The position numbers and the translations under genes are program-made. Below are positions 45,943 to 54,454 of a DNA stretch of 64,000 nucleotides, piece after piece. Every line of letters starts with the position of its first letter. The first letter of the stretch is position 1. The stretch covers positions 81,691-145,690 of the forward strand of contig DASTHW010000014.1 in the NCBI GenBank assembly GCA_035717985.1, in the 5' to 3' direction. This DNA comes from Candidatus Saccharimonadales bacterium (GTDB lineage: Bacteria; Patescibacteriota; Saccharimonadia; Saccharimonadales; UBA10212). The notes under the pieces are model-generated. The model searched no databases, was not told the DNA's origin, and was given only the letters and a program-made list of their open reading frames with translations.

Positions 45943-46437
45943 ATGAATATAGCGCTAGCGACCGATCACGCCGGGTTTGAACAGTTAAAAGAATTAGCTG
46001 TTTTCTTGGAGTCGCTAGGCCATACTTGTACCGATTTTGGCCCCAAGCAGTTAGACCCGAGCGATGATTATCCCGATTTTATTTTTCCGGCGGCTAGAGC
46101 CGTAGCTGACGGTCAGTGCCAGGCCGGCATAATTTTGGGCCGGAGCGGGCAAGGCGAAGCTATGGCCGCAAACCGGGTTAGTGGAGCCCGATGTGCTGTT
46201 TTTTACGGCCCGGCGGTAGCTAAAAACATGGTTGACGCTAGCGGCGAGGTTAGCCACGATCCCTATGAAATTATCAAAAAAAGCCGCCAGCATAATCATG
46301 CCAACATGTTAAGTCTGGCGGCCGTTTACTTAACCCTTGAGGACATGAAAAACGCTATTAAACTATGGCTGGATACGCCGTATTCTGACGAAGAACGTCA
46401 CACTCGGCGGGTTGAGAAGCTTGATGCTCAAGCTTAG
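45943..46437 (+). CDS. rpiB: Ribose-5-phosphate isomerase B (RpiB/LacA/LacB family)
   Basis: MNIALATDHAGFEQLKEL... and the GILGRSGQGEAMAANR region typical of RpiB. 164 aa. Confidence 0.88.
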   Translation: MNIALATDHAGFEQLKELAVFLESLGHTCTDFGPKQLDPSDDYPDFIFPAARAVADGQCQAGIILGRSGQGEAMAANRVSGARCAVFYGPAVAKNMVDASGEVSHDPYEIIKKSRQHNHANMLSLAAVYLTLEDMKNAIKLWLDTPYSDEERHTRRVEKLDAQA

Positions 46438-46906
46438 ATCTCAGCCAAGAGTAGTTAAAATTTTGCTATTTTACGCGCTAGTTGTTTCTGTCTTAGTTGG
46501 CCTTGGTTTGATGAATGATGCTAGTGCAGAGAATGCTTATACTTCATCGACTTATGGGTGGGCGGGGGAGGGCACCTCTTTTATAACTGGATTTGTAGTA
46601 GCCGTTTTTGCTTATGCAGTTAGGCTGAGCCTGCTTTTAGCACCGCTGGGCAAAAATAAACCTAGCGCTAGGGGCTGGTTAACCGGCGGTATACTGGCGT
46701 CTTTGATCCCCGAGCTGATAATTATAGGAGTCTCATTTTCATTTTTGACCGAACAAAGCGGCACATGTAGTACCGGCGGTGACTTCAGTAATTGTGGCTG
46801 GGGCTGGCTGGTTCTAATCTTGTTATTTATTATTGCCGGCATAGCCCAATTGATCGGAATGCTTATTGGCCGGCTAGTCGGCCGCCTCAGGGGTGCTACA
46901 GCATGA
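46412..46906 (+). CDS. Hypothetical membrane protein (4 TM)
   Basis: 164-aa ORF with hydrophobic spans. It overlaps the rpiB 3' end (an alternative ATG at 46424 is available) and is coupled by ATGA to the next gene. Confidence 0.55.
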   Translation: MRSLMLKLRSQPRVVKILLFYALVVSVLVGLGLMNDASAENAYTSSTYGWAGEGTSFITGFVVAVFAYAVRLSLLLAPLGKNKPSARGWLTGGILASLIPELIIIGVSFSFLTEQSGTCSTGGDFSNCGWGWLVLILLFIIAGIAQLIGMLIGRLVGRLRGATA

Positions 46907-47547
46907 GCCTGATTTGCCCGACGGTTCTTGCTGATACGCCAGAGAAATATACTCAACAAATTAAAAAAATTGATGGCCTGGGCCGCCGGGTACAAATTGA
47001 TTTGACCGACGGCAGATTTGCTCCGGCTAAAACGATTAGCCCAGCTGAGGCCTGGTGGCCGGCTGGGCGCTTGGCTGATTTTCATCTAATGTTTAAAAGT
47101 CCAGCTCCAGCTATAGCCGATGTGCTGGCTCACCAGCCCAATTTGATTATCGTTCATGCCGAAGCCGATTTTGACTTTGAGCAGGTTTATACCGCCTGCC
47201 GGGATCACGCCGTTAAACTGGGTATGGCCTTGCTGGCTGACACCGGCCCGGAAGTTATCGAAAATAGACTAAACCAGCTAGATCACGCCTTAATTTTTAG
47301 CGGCCAGCTGGGTAGTTACGGCGGCCATGCCGATCTTAGCCTGCTGGATAAAGTGAAATTTTTGAAATCAAAGAAAGCGGATCTGGAAGTCGGCTGGGAC
47401 GGGGGCATCAATAACCTTAATATTGCCCAATTGGTGGAGGGCGGGGTAGACGTATTAAATGTCGGCGGATTTATTCAGGGTGCCGATGATCCGGCTAAAG
47501 CCTACACGGATTTGGCCCGCATTGCCGAAGAGACGGGTACGACTTGA
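46903..47547 (+). CDS. Ribulose-phosphate 3-epimerase family TIM-barrel protein (divergent)
   Basis: The track ORF starts at 46792 inside the upstream gene, so I chose ATG 46903 (MSLICPTVLAD). Rpe-like blocks are present: QIDLTDGRFAP, DFHLMF, IIVHAEA, GWDGGIN, NVGGFI. The usual HxD is QxD here. Confidence 0.65.
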   Translation: MSLICPTVLADTPEKYTQQIKKIDGLGRRVQIDLTDGRFAPAKTISPAEAWWPAGRLADFHLMFKSPAPAIADVLAHQPNLIIVHAEADFDFEQVYTACRDHAVKLGMALLADTGPEVIENRLNQLDHALIFSGQLGSYGGHADLSLLDKVKFLKSKKADLEVGWDGGINNLNIAQLVEGGVDVLNVGGFIQGADDPAKAYTDLARIAEETGTT

Positions 47548-47590
47548 AGGGATTGAAGGACAGCTACTAGGAGGTATAATCATAAGAGGA

Positions 47591-48454
47591 ATGGCTAAAA
47601 ATAAAAACTATTCAATAGAGGATTTACAGAAAATCGCCAATGATATCAGGGAAGATATTATTAAAATGCTGGAGTACGCCGGGAGCGGCCACTCGGCCGG
47701 CTCGCTGGGCCAAACCGATGTTTTTACGGCTCTTTATTTTCACATTTTAAAACACGACCCCAAAAACCCGGATTGGCCGGACCGCGATATCTTGATTCAA
47801 AGTAACGGCCACACTGTGCCGGTGCGCTACGCCGCCATGGCGCGGGCCGGCTATTTTGATAGAAAAGAGATTATGACCCTGCGTCAATTTGGTACCCGCC
47901 TGCAAGGTCACCCCGAAAGACGGCGCCTGCCGGGCCTAGAAACCACTAGCGGGCCGCTAGGTAGCGGGCTAAGCCAGGCCTGCGGTATGGCTCTGGCTCT
48001 AAGAATGGATAAAGCCCAGCACCGTTTTGTCTACGTCACTATGGGCGACGGCGAGCTGGATGAGGGCAACATCTGGGAGGCCGCCATGCTGGCCGGCAAA
48101 TACAAGCTTAATAACATCATCGGCATAGTTGATAGAAACAATATCCAAATTGACGGACCAACCGAATCTGTCATGCCGCTAGAGGACTTAAAGGCCAAGT
48201 GGGAGAGCTTTGGCTGGCATGTTATTGAGATAAACGGCAATGATATTGAAGCGGTGATTGACGCCTGCGCCATGGCCAAGGCCATGACCGAAAAACCGGT
48301 TGTAATTTTAAGCTACACTGTGCCGGGCAAGGGCGTAGATTTTATGGAGTACGATTTTCATTGGCACGGCGTAGCGCCCAACCACGAGCAAGCCGTTAAA
48401 GCCTTGAAAGAACTGCGCACTCTTGGCGGCAAAATTCGGAGCGAACATGAGTGA
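47591..48454 (+). CDS. Transketolase, N-terminal (TPP-binding) subunit
   Basis: ATG 47591 after AGGAGG; the track ORF extension overlaps the rpe-like gene. Motifs GSGHSAGSLG and GDGELDEGNIWEA (TPP motif). Confidence 0.92.
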   Translation: MAKNKNYSIEDLQKIANDIREDIIKMLEYAGSGHSAGSLGQTDVFTALYFHILKHDPKNPDWPDRDILIQSNGHTVPVRYAAMARAGYFDRKEIMTLRQFGTRLQGHPERRRLPGLETTSGPLGSGLSQACGMALALRMDKAQHRFVYVTMGDGELDEGNIWEAAMLAGKYKLNNIIGIVDRNNIQIDGPTESVMPLEDLKAKWESFGWHVIEINGNDIEAVIDACAMAKAMTEKPVVILSYTVPGKGVDFMEYDFHWHGVAPNHEQAVKALKELRTLGGKIRSEHE

Positions 48455-48791
48455 GCTTCAAAAATTCCTACTTATTTCCTTGGTCCTTGGAGTTGTCATT
48501 ACGTTCTTGACCTATCCTATTAAAGGGACAAACTACATAACTAAATGTATTGGTATTGAGAATTATAAGCAGACAATGCATGGCATTCCGCTACCGTTCT
48601 ACTATCAGAAATATAGCCAGAATTGCTTATTTGTTAACGCCAATAATCTGGGAAAGAGTAATTTTAGCCCCTTTGAAGGACCGCCCCAGGGCATAAATAA
48701 AATTCACTTGGTTTTTGATGCCTTTGCCTGGGGCGTGGTAGCTTTTGCGGTTACTGCAGTTTTTGCAAACAGAATGAGCTTTAAGAAATGA
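48447..48791 (+). CDS. Hypothetical small membrane protein inserted between the transketolase halves
   Basis: ATG 48447 overlaps the tktN stop by 8 nt, and its stop overlaps the tktC start (ATGA). Two hydrophobic spans. About 37% GC by hand count (66/180 over 48481-48660). Confidence 0.55.
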   Translation: MSELQKFLLISLVLGVVITFLTYPIKGTNYITKCIGIENYKQTMHGIPLPFYYQKYSQNCLFVNANNLGKSNFSPFEGPPQGINKIHLVFDAFAWGVVAFAVTAVFANRMSFKK

Positions 48792-49768
48792 GCGAGATGT
48801 ATCTAGTCAGTCATATCGAAAAACAAGAACCTACCCGCAAGGGCTTTGGCCGCGGGTTACTGGTGGCCGGCCAGGCTAACTCTAATGTGGTGGCGGCCTG
48901 CGCTGACTTAACCGAGTCAACCCAAATGCATTTGTTTGCTGAGGCTTTTCCTCAGCGCTTTATCGAAATTGGCGTGGCCGAGCAGAATCTGGTAACCGTA
49001 GGCTCAGGCCTGGCGGCCCTGGGCAAGATTCCGTTTGTCTCTAGTTATGCCGCTTTTAGCCCGGGGCGAAACTGGGAGCAGATCCGTACCACTATCGCTC
49101 TTAACGACCAACCAGTAAAGATTATCGGTTCGCACGCCGGCGTTAGCGTTGGCCCGGACGGCGCCACCCACCAAATGCTGGAAGACCTGGCCATTATGCG
49201 GGCTATGCCCAATATGTTGGTGCTAGCTCCCTGCGACAGTATTGAAGCCCAAAAAGCGACGCTGGCTCTAGCTGATACGCCGCATCCAGCCTATATGCGC
49301 TTGGCCCGAGAGGCTACGCCGATTATCACCAGCGAGCATACGCCATTTACCATTGGTAAAGCTCAGCTTTTTCATGAGGGCGTAGACATCACTATCGTCA
49401 GTACCGGCACTATGACGCCGCAGGCCTTACTGGCCGCCAGGGCGCTATATAAGGACGGCGTGCAGGCTGATGTACTGCATATGCCGACCATTAAGCCGCT
49501 AGATGTTGAGGCGATTATTGAAAGCGCCGGAAAGACCCGCCACGTTATCGCTGTTGAGGAGGCTCAAATTAACGGCGGCCTAGGCTCGGCGGTAGCTGAA
49601 GCTTTAGGCGAGAACTTACCGACGCCGCTAAAGCGTATGGGCATGAAAGATCATTTCGGTGAGAGCGGTAAGCCCGAAGAACTGCTGGAGCATTTTGGTT
49701 TGACGGCTAAGCATATTGTTTTAGCCTCACATCATATGCTGATGGATCATTCTAATCATAAACATTAA
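48788..49768 (+). CDS. Transketolase, C-terminal (pyrimidine-binding) subunit
   Basis: FIEIGVAEQNLVTVGSGLA, GSHAGVSVGPDGATHQMLEDLAIMRAMPN. Confidence 0.92.
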   Translation: MSEMYLVSHIEKQEPTRKGFGRGLLVAGQANSNVVAACADLTESTQMHLFAEAFPQRFIEIGVAEQNLVTVGSGLAALGKIPFVSSYAAFSPGRNWEQIRTTIALNDQPVKIIGSHAGVSVGPDGATHQMLEDLAIMRAMPNMLVLAPCDSIEAQKATLALADTPHPAYMRLAREATPIITSEHTPFTIGKAQLFHEGVDITIVSTGTMTPQALLAARALYKDGVQADVLHMPTIKPLDVEAIIESAGKTRHVIAVEEAQINGGLGSAVAEALGENLPTPLKRMGMKDHFGESGKPEELLEHFGLTAKHIVLASHHMLMDHSNHKH

Positions 49769-49776
49769 GGAGAAAA

Positions 49777-50691
49777 ATGCCTTTAACACTAAGACAGATA
49801 CGTCAAAATTGTCAAAACGCTAGAGCCCGTATGGCTGAGGCCCGGGCAGAGCACTGGGCCTTTGGGGCCTTTAACCTGGACGATGAGCCGACTCTGAAGG
49901 CCGTAGTCCAGGCGGCAGTCAACAAACAATCACCGGTACTGGTAGAGGTCAGCCAGGGAGAAGTGGATGATATTGGCCTCGATAACGTCCGCGACATGGT
50001 TGATAACTTTAAGGCTGAATATGGGGTTGAAATTTACATTAATCTAGACCATAGCCCCAGCGTAGAGGCGGCCATAGCCGGCATTGAAGCTGGTTTTGAA
50101 TTCATCCATATCGATATTTCGCAGGCTAATCACGACGCCTCGCTGGAGGAAATTATCGCCAAAACTAAACAAGTGGTTGATTATGCTAAATTTACCGGCG
50201 CAATGGTAGAAGCCGAAGAGCGATATTTCTTTGGTTCATCAACACTGCACACTGAGAACATTGATTATGAAGAAGTTAAAAAGTTTAACTCTAAACCGGA
50301 AGACATTGTCGAGTTTGTAAAGCAAACCGGCATAGATACCTGCGCCGTCCAAGTGGGCAATTTGCACGGCAAATATCCGGTGCCTAAGGAGCTTGATCTG
50401 GAGCTTTTGCAAAGAATCCGTGCGGCCGTTGACTGCAATATATCTCTGCACGGCGGAAGCGATACGCCCGGCAGTTATTTTATAGAAGCCGTTAAGATAG
50501 GCGTTAGTAAAGTAAATATAAACAGCGACATGCGCTATGCCTACCGCCAAGCGCTAGAGAAAGTCTTAGCCGAAAACCCCAATGAAATATCTGTGGCTAA
50601 ACTAGTTAGTAAAGAAGTTATTTCAGCAGTGCAGGCGGTTGTTGAATCTAAAATAGACGACTTTAACAGCGCCGGCAAAGCCAAGTCTTAA
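49777..50691 (+). CDS. fba: Class II fructose-bisphosphate aldolase family protein
   Basis: INLDHS (Zn ligand region), GNLHG and SLHGGSDTP motifs. Confidence 0.88.
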   Translation: MPLTLRQIRQNCQNARARMAEARAEHWAFGAFNLDDEPTLKAVVQAAVNKQSPVLVEVSQGEVDDIGLDNVRDMVDNFKAEYGVEIYINLDHSPSVEAAIAGIEAGFEFIHIDISQANHDASLEEIIAKTKQVVDYAKFTGAMVEAEERYFFGSSTLHTENIDYEEVKKFNSKPEDIVEFVKQTGIDTCAVQVGNLHGKYPVPKELDLELLQRIRAAVDCNISLHGGSDTPGSYFIEAVKIGVSKVNINSDMRYAYRQALEKVLAENPNEISVAKLVSKEVISAVQAVVESKIDDFNSAGKAKS

Positions 50692-50778
50692 CCTCTGTTG
50701 ACCTGAAATTGGTTGTGCTATTTGGTACAATGGGCTTAAACATGAGCATGTTAAGAAAAACAAAGGTGTAAGAGGGCT

Positions 50779-51783
50779 ATGCAAAAACAACTCGATGTTC
50801 TAAGTGTGGGCGATGTTGTTATTGATGACTTTATTCGCCTACTTGATAAAGAAGAAAAGGTAGAACACCAAAAGGATGGTAGCGAGTGGCTGGCCGTCCC
50901 GTTTGGAACCAAAATCCCATTCGATCATAACGAGGTGGTGCCGGCGGTGGGCAACTCTTCCAATGCCTCGGTGGCCTTCGCTAAACTAGGTCTACGCTCT
51001 GGGCTAGTTGCTAATATTGGCAATGATGACCGCGGCCGGACCATCTTAGCCCGGCTGGAAGAAGAAAAGGTGGATACCCGATTTGTCCACGCCAACCCAG
51101 GGAAGAAGAGTAATTATCACTACGTGCTTTGGTATAAAGACGAGCGGACCATCTTAATTAAGCACGAAGAGTACGATTATCACTGGCCGCGTTTTAGGGT
51201 TATCGATATTCCGCGCTGGATATATTTCAGTAGCGTTAGCGAGCATGCCCTGGAGTACCACGACCAAATTGCCGAGTGGTTAGAAGCCCACCCGAACGTG
51301 AAGCTAGCGTTTCAGCCCGGCACTTTTCAGATTGAGGCCGGTGCCGAGCGTCTGGCCCGGATTTATAGATGTAGCCAAATTTTAGCGGTTAACCGCGAAG
51401 AGGCCACCACTATTTCCGGTGGCGATCATGGCGATATTAACGATTTATTCGACCGCCTGCATAAACTTGGACCAAAAGTCGTCTTAATTAGCGACGGCCA
51501 CGCTGGGGCTTATGCGTCTGACGGCGCTAGCCGCTGGAAAATGCCAATTTACCCCGACCCCAAGCCGCCGTACGACCGTACCGGCGCCGGCGACGCTTTT
51601 ACTAGCACCTTTGTAGCCGCCATCATGAAAGGGGCCGATATTCCGGGGGCGTTACTTTGGGCGCCGATAAATTCTATGAGCGTCGTGCAAAAAGTTGGTG
51701 CCCAAGCCGGCCTGCTTACCGAATCGCAATTAGAGCACTACCTGCGGCAGGCGCCGTCTGGCTACCATCCGGAGAAGTTTTAA
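50779..51783 (+). CDS. PfkB-family carbohydrate kinase (ribokinase-like)
   Basis: C-terminal signature DRTGAGDAFTSTFVAAI, and the N-terminal GD..ID pattern VGDVVIDDF. Confidence 0.88.
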   Translation: MQKQLDVLSVGDVVIDDFIRLLDKEEKVEHQKDGSEWLAVPFGTKIPFDHNEVVPAVGNSSNASVAFAKLGLRSGLVANIGNDDRGRTILARLEEEKVDTRFVHANPGKKSNYHYVLWYKDERTILIKHEEYDYHWPRFRVIDIPRWIYFSSVSEHALEYHDQIAEWLEAHPNVKLAFQPGTFQIEAGAERLARIYRCSQILAVNREEATTISGGDHGDINDLFDRLHKLGPKVVLISDGHAGAYASDGASRWKMPIYPDPKPPYDRTGAGDAFTSTFVAAIMKGADIPGALLWAPINSMSVVQKVGAQAGLLTESQLEHYLRQAPSGYHPEKF

Positions 51784-52940
51784 TGAGCCGCTTAGCCCAA
51801 CTATTAAACGAGCCGGAGTCTAAAATCCAAAACGCCATCGAAAAACTGGAGAGTCTGAGCGGCTATAACAGTGAAGATGTGCGTTTGATTTCGGAGATCA
51901 ACCAGCAAACCGCCAGAAAAATTGCCTCTTTAGGCCTCGATCCAGCGGATACCACCGGCGAGGAGCTTTTTCAGACGCTCCAGGTAAAACTAAAGGCCGA
52001 CAGCCGGCACCTGGCCCGAGCTTTTGGCTTTAAGCCGGATGATACTGCTGATCAGACCGCGCAAAAGCTAGTGGCCCTGGCCGAGCGGTGCGCCGAGCTA
52101 CCAAAGATACTGGCTCTAAAAAATTCGGCTATCAAGGTTATTCTACGGAATCATCCGCCCAAAAAACTAATGAAGAAATTAGGCTACCGGAGCTTGGAGT
52201 CCATGCTTAAGCGTCAAAATCCGCGGGTTCTGCTAGCCTCGGCGCCGGCTACCGAGACGTCCGGCTGGTCAAAGGCGCTAGCTAAAGATTTAGCAAAGCT
52301 GACTGCCGCGGATTATGAATATTGCACGCCGGTAGTGACGGCCATGACTCCGCCGGCTATGGGTAAGGCCGCAGATCGGGCGGTTACTTACGAGCCGCTT
52401 AGCGGCGTGATAGCAGTGTGGCCGGCGCATGAGCTTAAAAAAGAATCGGCAGTATATGATTTTTTGTTGGTTCTGCAGGCCGTAGAGATTTTAGAGGCAG
52501 AGAGCTTTTATCTTAGCCATCATCAATTTCAGGCTGATTTTGGTAAAAAGGCGGCCAGTCTTTTTGCTGACAGTGCCCGCTTGCCGCTAGCTGACGAGCT
52601 TGATAAATTTGACTTTCAGAATCTGTGGCGGGCGAGCAAGAGCGGCCCAACGGCATTTGAAAAGCTGGCTAGCACCCACCCGCTATTAAGCTGGTGGCGG
52701 GACAGTGGGCACTTACTGCAGGCGGGGGCAGAGAGTGTTTCGTTGAATTTAGCCGATAACTTAGCCTGCTTGCGCCAGGGGCTAGCCTATAAAGAGAGAG
52801 TTACGGCTAACGCCATTCATCAGCTAAAGAGTGAAATATTAAAACGCTACGGCGCTTATCCTGGCGTGCAGGGCCACTTGGCTTTCGAGCCAGCCCCGGC
52901 TGAAGATTTAACTGGTGAGCTAGCGCTGGATTTGGTGTAA
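51783..52940 (+). CDS. Hypothetical protein (385 aa), no recognisable domain
   Basis: ATG 51783 overlaps the kinase stop (TAATG); the track ORF start at 51657 lies inside the upstream gene. Mostly helical-looking soluble sequence. Confidence 0.6.
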   Translation: MSRLAQLLNEPESKIQNAIEKLESLSGYNSEDVRLISEINQQTARKIASLGLDPADTTGEELFQTLQVKLKADSRHLARAFGFKPDDTADQTAQKLVALAERCAELPKILALKNSAIKVILRNHPPKKLMKKLGYRSLESMLKRQNPRVLLASAPATETSGWSKALAKDLAKLTAADYEYCTPVVTAMTPPAMGKAADRAVTYEPLSGVIAVWPAHELKKESAVYDFLLVLQAVEILEAESFYLSHHQFQADFGKKAASLFADSARLPLADELDKFDFQNLWRASKSGPTAFEKLASTHPLLSWWRDSGHLLQAGAESVSLNLADNLACLRQGLAYKERVTANAIHQLKSEILKRYGAYPGVQGHLAFEPAPAEDLTGELALDLV

Positions 52941-52962
52941 GTAGGGAGTAAGTAGAGCAAAG

Positions 52963-53529
52963 ATGTATCAATTCTGTGTTTCCGGTGCGGCCAAAGGCGA
53001 CAGTGTAGAAGAGGGCAAACAATTAGCTATTGAAGCCGGAGCGGCTATTGCTAAAGCTGGCCACAGCCTGATGACCGGTGCCACTACCGGCTTGCCTAAC
53101 TTTGCGGCTATCGGCTATAAAAAAGCCGGCGGTAAGATGAGCCTAGGGATTAGCCCCGGGGCCACCAAGGTGGAGCATGTTATCAAATATCGTCTGCCCA
53201 CCGAGAGTTATGACACCATTTTATATACCGGCTTGCACTACACCGGCCGCGACGCTCTTTTAATAACCTCTTCAGATGCTGTGGTTAGCATTGGCGGCCG
53301 GTTAGGGACTTTGCACGAATTTACCATCGCCATGGAAACCCGCACGCCGATAGGTTTTTTGCAAGGGGCCGGTGGTGTTAGCGAAGAAATATCCAAGCTG
53401 ATGGAAATCTTGCCTAATACTCATAAAGAGCTGGCCATTTTTGATACTGATGCTGACTCACTGGTTAAAAAGTTGACGGCCCTGCTAGATGAGATCAATA
53501 AGCCTTACCGCAAGGTTTATACAGGTTGA
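52963..53529 (+). CDS. LOG/TIGR00725-like Rossmann-fold protein (SLOG superfamily)
   Basis: CVSGAAKG at the N-terminus, LMTGATTGLP, and SIGGRLGTLHEF (compare the LOG PGGxGTxxE motif). Confidence 0.6.
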   Translation: MYQFCVSGAAKGDSVEEGKQLAIEAGAAIAKAGHSLMTGATTGLPNFAAIGYKKAGGKMSLGISPGATKVEHVIKYRLPTESYDTILYTGLHYTGRDALLITSSDAVVSIGGRLGTLHEFTIAMETRTPIGFLQGAGGVSEEISKLMEILPNTHKELAIFDTDADSLVKKLTALLDEINKPYRKVYTG

Positions 53530-53583
53530 TTTAAGCGGCATTTAGGTTATGCTTAAAGCTAAGATCTAAGCATAAGGAATATT

Positions 53584-54252
53584 GTGAAAAGACAATCTGG
53601 TTTTGCCGCATTAGAAGCGCTACTTATTCTAATTATCATTGCCATCATTGGTGGTACCGGCTATTACGTCTGGCACAGTAAAAATCAGACTGACAAGATC
53701 CTAAATTCGACTACTAATACTTCTTCCAGCCGGACGGCAACTAAATCGACAGTAGCCGAACCTCCGGCGGATCCTTATAAAGGCTGGAGCACCTACACCA
53801 CCAAGGGCGAAAAAATAAGTTTTAGATATCCTGAAAACTGGTCGTTGTCTGATACTTCTCTAAGTTCGAGAGATATTGTTAGTCTATCGGACGGCTCGGG
53901 CGCCACAGTATTTATCAACGCTGGCGCTGTACCTGGAGACGATACATCAGCTTCCACTAAAGCCAATACGCAGAATGTCATCTTTTTAGGACAACCATCA
54001 GAACTGATATTTTGGACTTCTCCCGGCCAAACCGATACCAGCGAGGCATCCGAAGTAGACTTAGCGTCCAGCCAACACACTAAAAATATAGAGTTGCCTT
54101 CGGAGGGACAAAGCGACCAAGGTAATTTTGATATAGCGCTGGACTTTGGTGACAATAGTGATGGTAGCCCGATTTCAGAATCCGTAAACACCATAAAGGA
54201 AAGTTCGAGTTATCGGAACTTCGTCAAATTAGTAGAATCGATCAAATACTAA
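53584..54252 (+). CDS. Prepilin-type N-terminal cleavage/methylation domain protein (type IV pilin-like)
   Basis: GTG start. MKRQSG|FAALEALLILIIIAIIGG fits the class III signal, G/F-x-x-x-E plus a hydrophobic helix. The remainder is Ser/Thr-rich. The gene and its 3' flank are visibly AT-rich. Confidence 0.7.
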   Translation: MKRQSGFAALEALLILIIIAIIGGTGYYVWHSKNQTDKILNSTTNTSSSRTATKSTVAEPPADPYKGWSTYTTKGEKISFRYPENWSLSDTSLSSRDIVSLSDGSGATVFINAGAVPGDDTSASTKANTQNVIFLGQPSELIFWTSPGQTDTSEASEVDLASSQHTKNIELPSEGQSDQGNFDIALDFGDNSDGSPISESVNTIKESSSYRNFVKLVESIKY

Positions 54253-54454
54253 TTTTTTTTGGAGTATTCAAACAATAAAGTAATCGCCACCGATCTGGGG
54301 GCTCCTTAACATACTATTTATCTAACGGCCACTATGTCATTAAATGGTTCGGGGATAGCGTAATGAGTTCATTCAAGTACAATTAATTACTCAAAAATCC
54401 GAATGAGAAACAGCCTTAAAAGCATCTCTTTCTAATTTTTGTTACTATTTTTAG

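Noticed and set aside
46792-46902. N-terminal extensions of track ORFs: 46792 (rpe-like), 47459 (tktN), 51657 (hypothetical), 58667 (gatA), 10823 (acyltransferase), 1848 (SRPBCC)
   Set aside because: The extensions overlap the preceding gene or structured spacers and lack homology-like sequence. Internal ATG starts with ribosome-binding sites or stop-start overlaps fit better.
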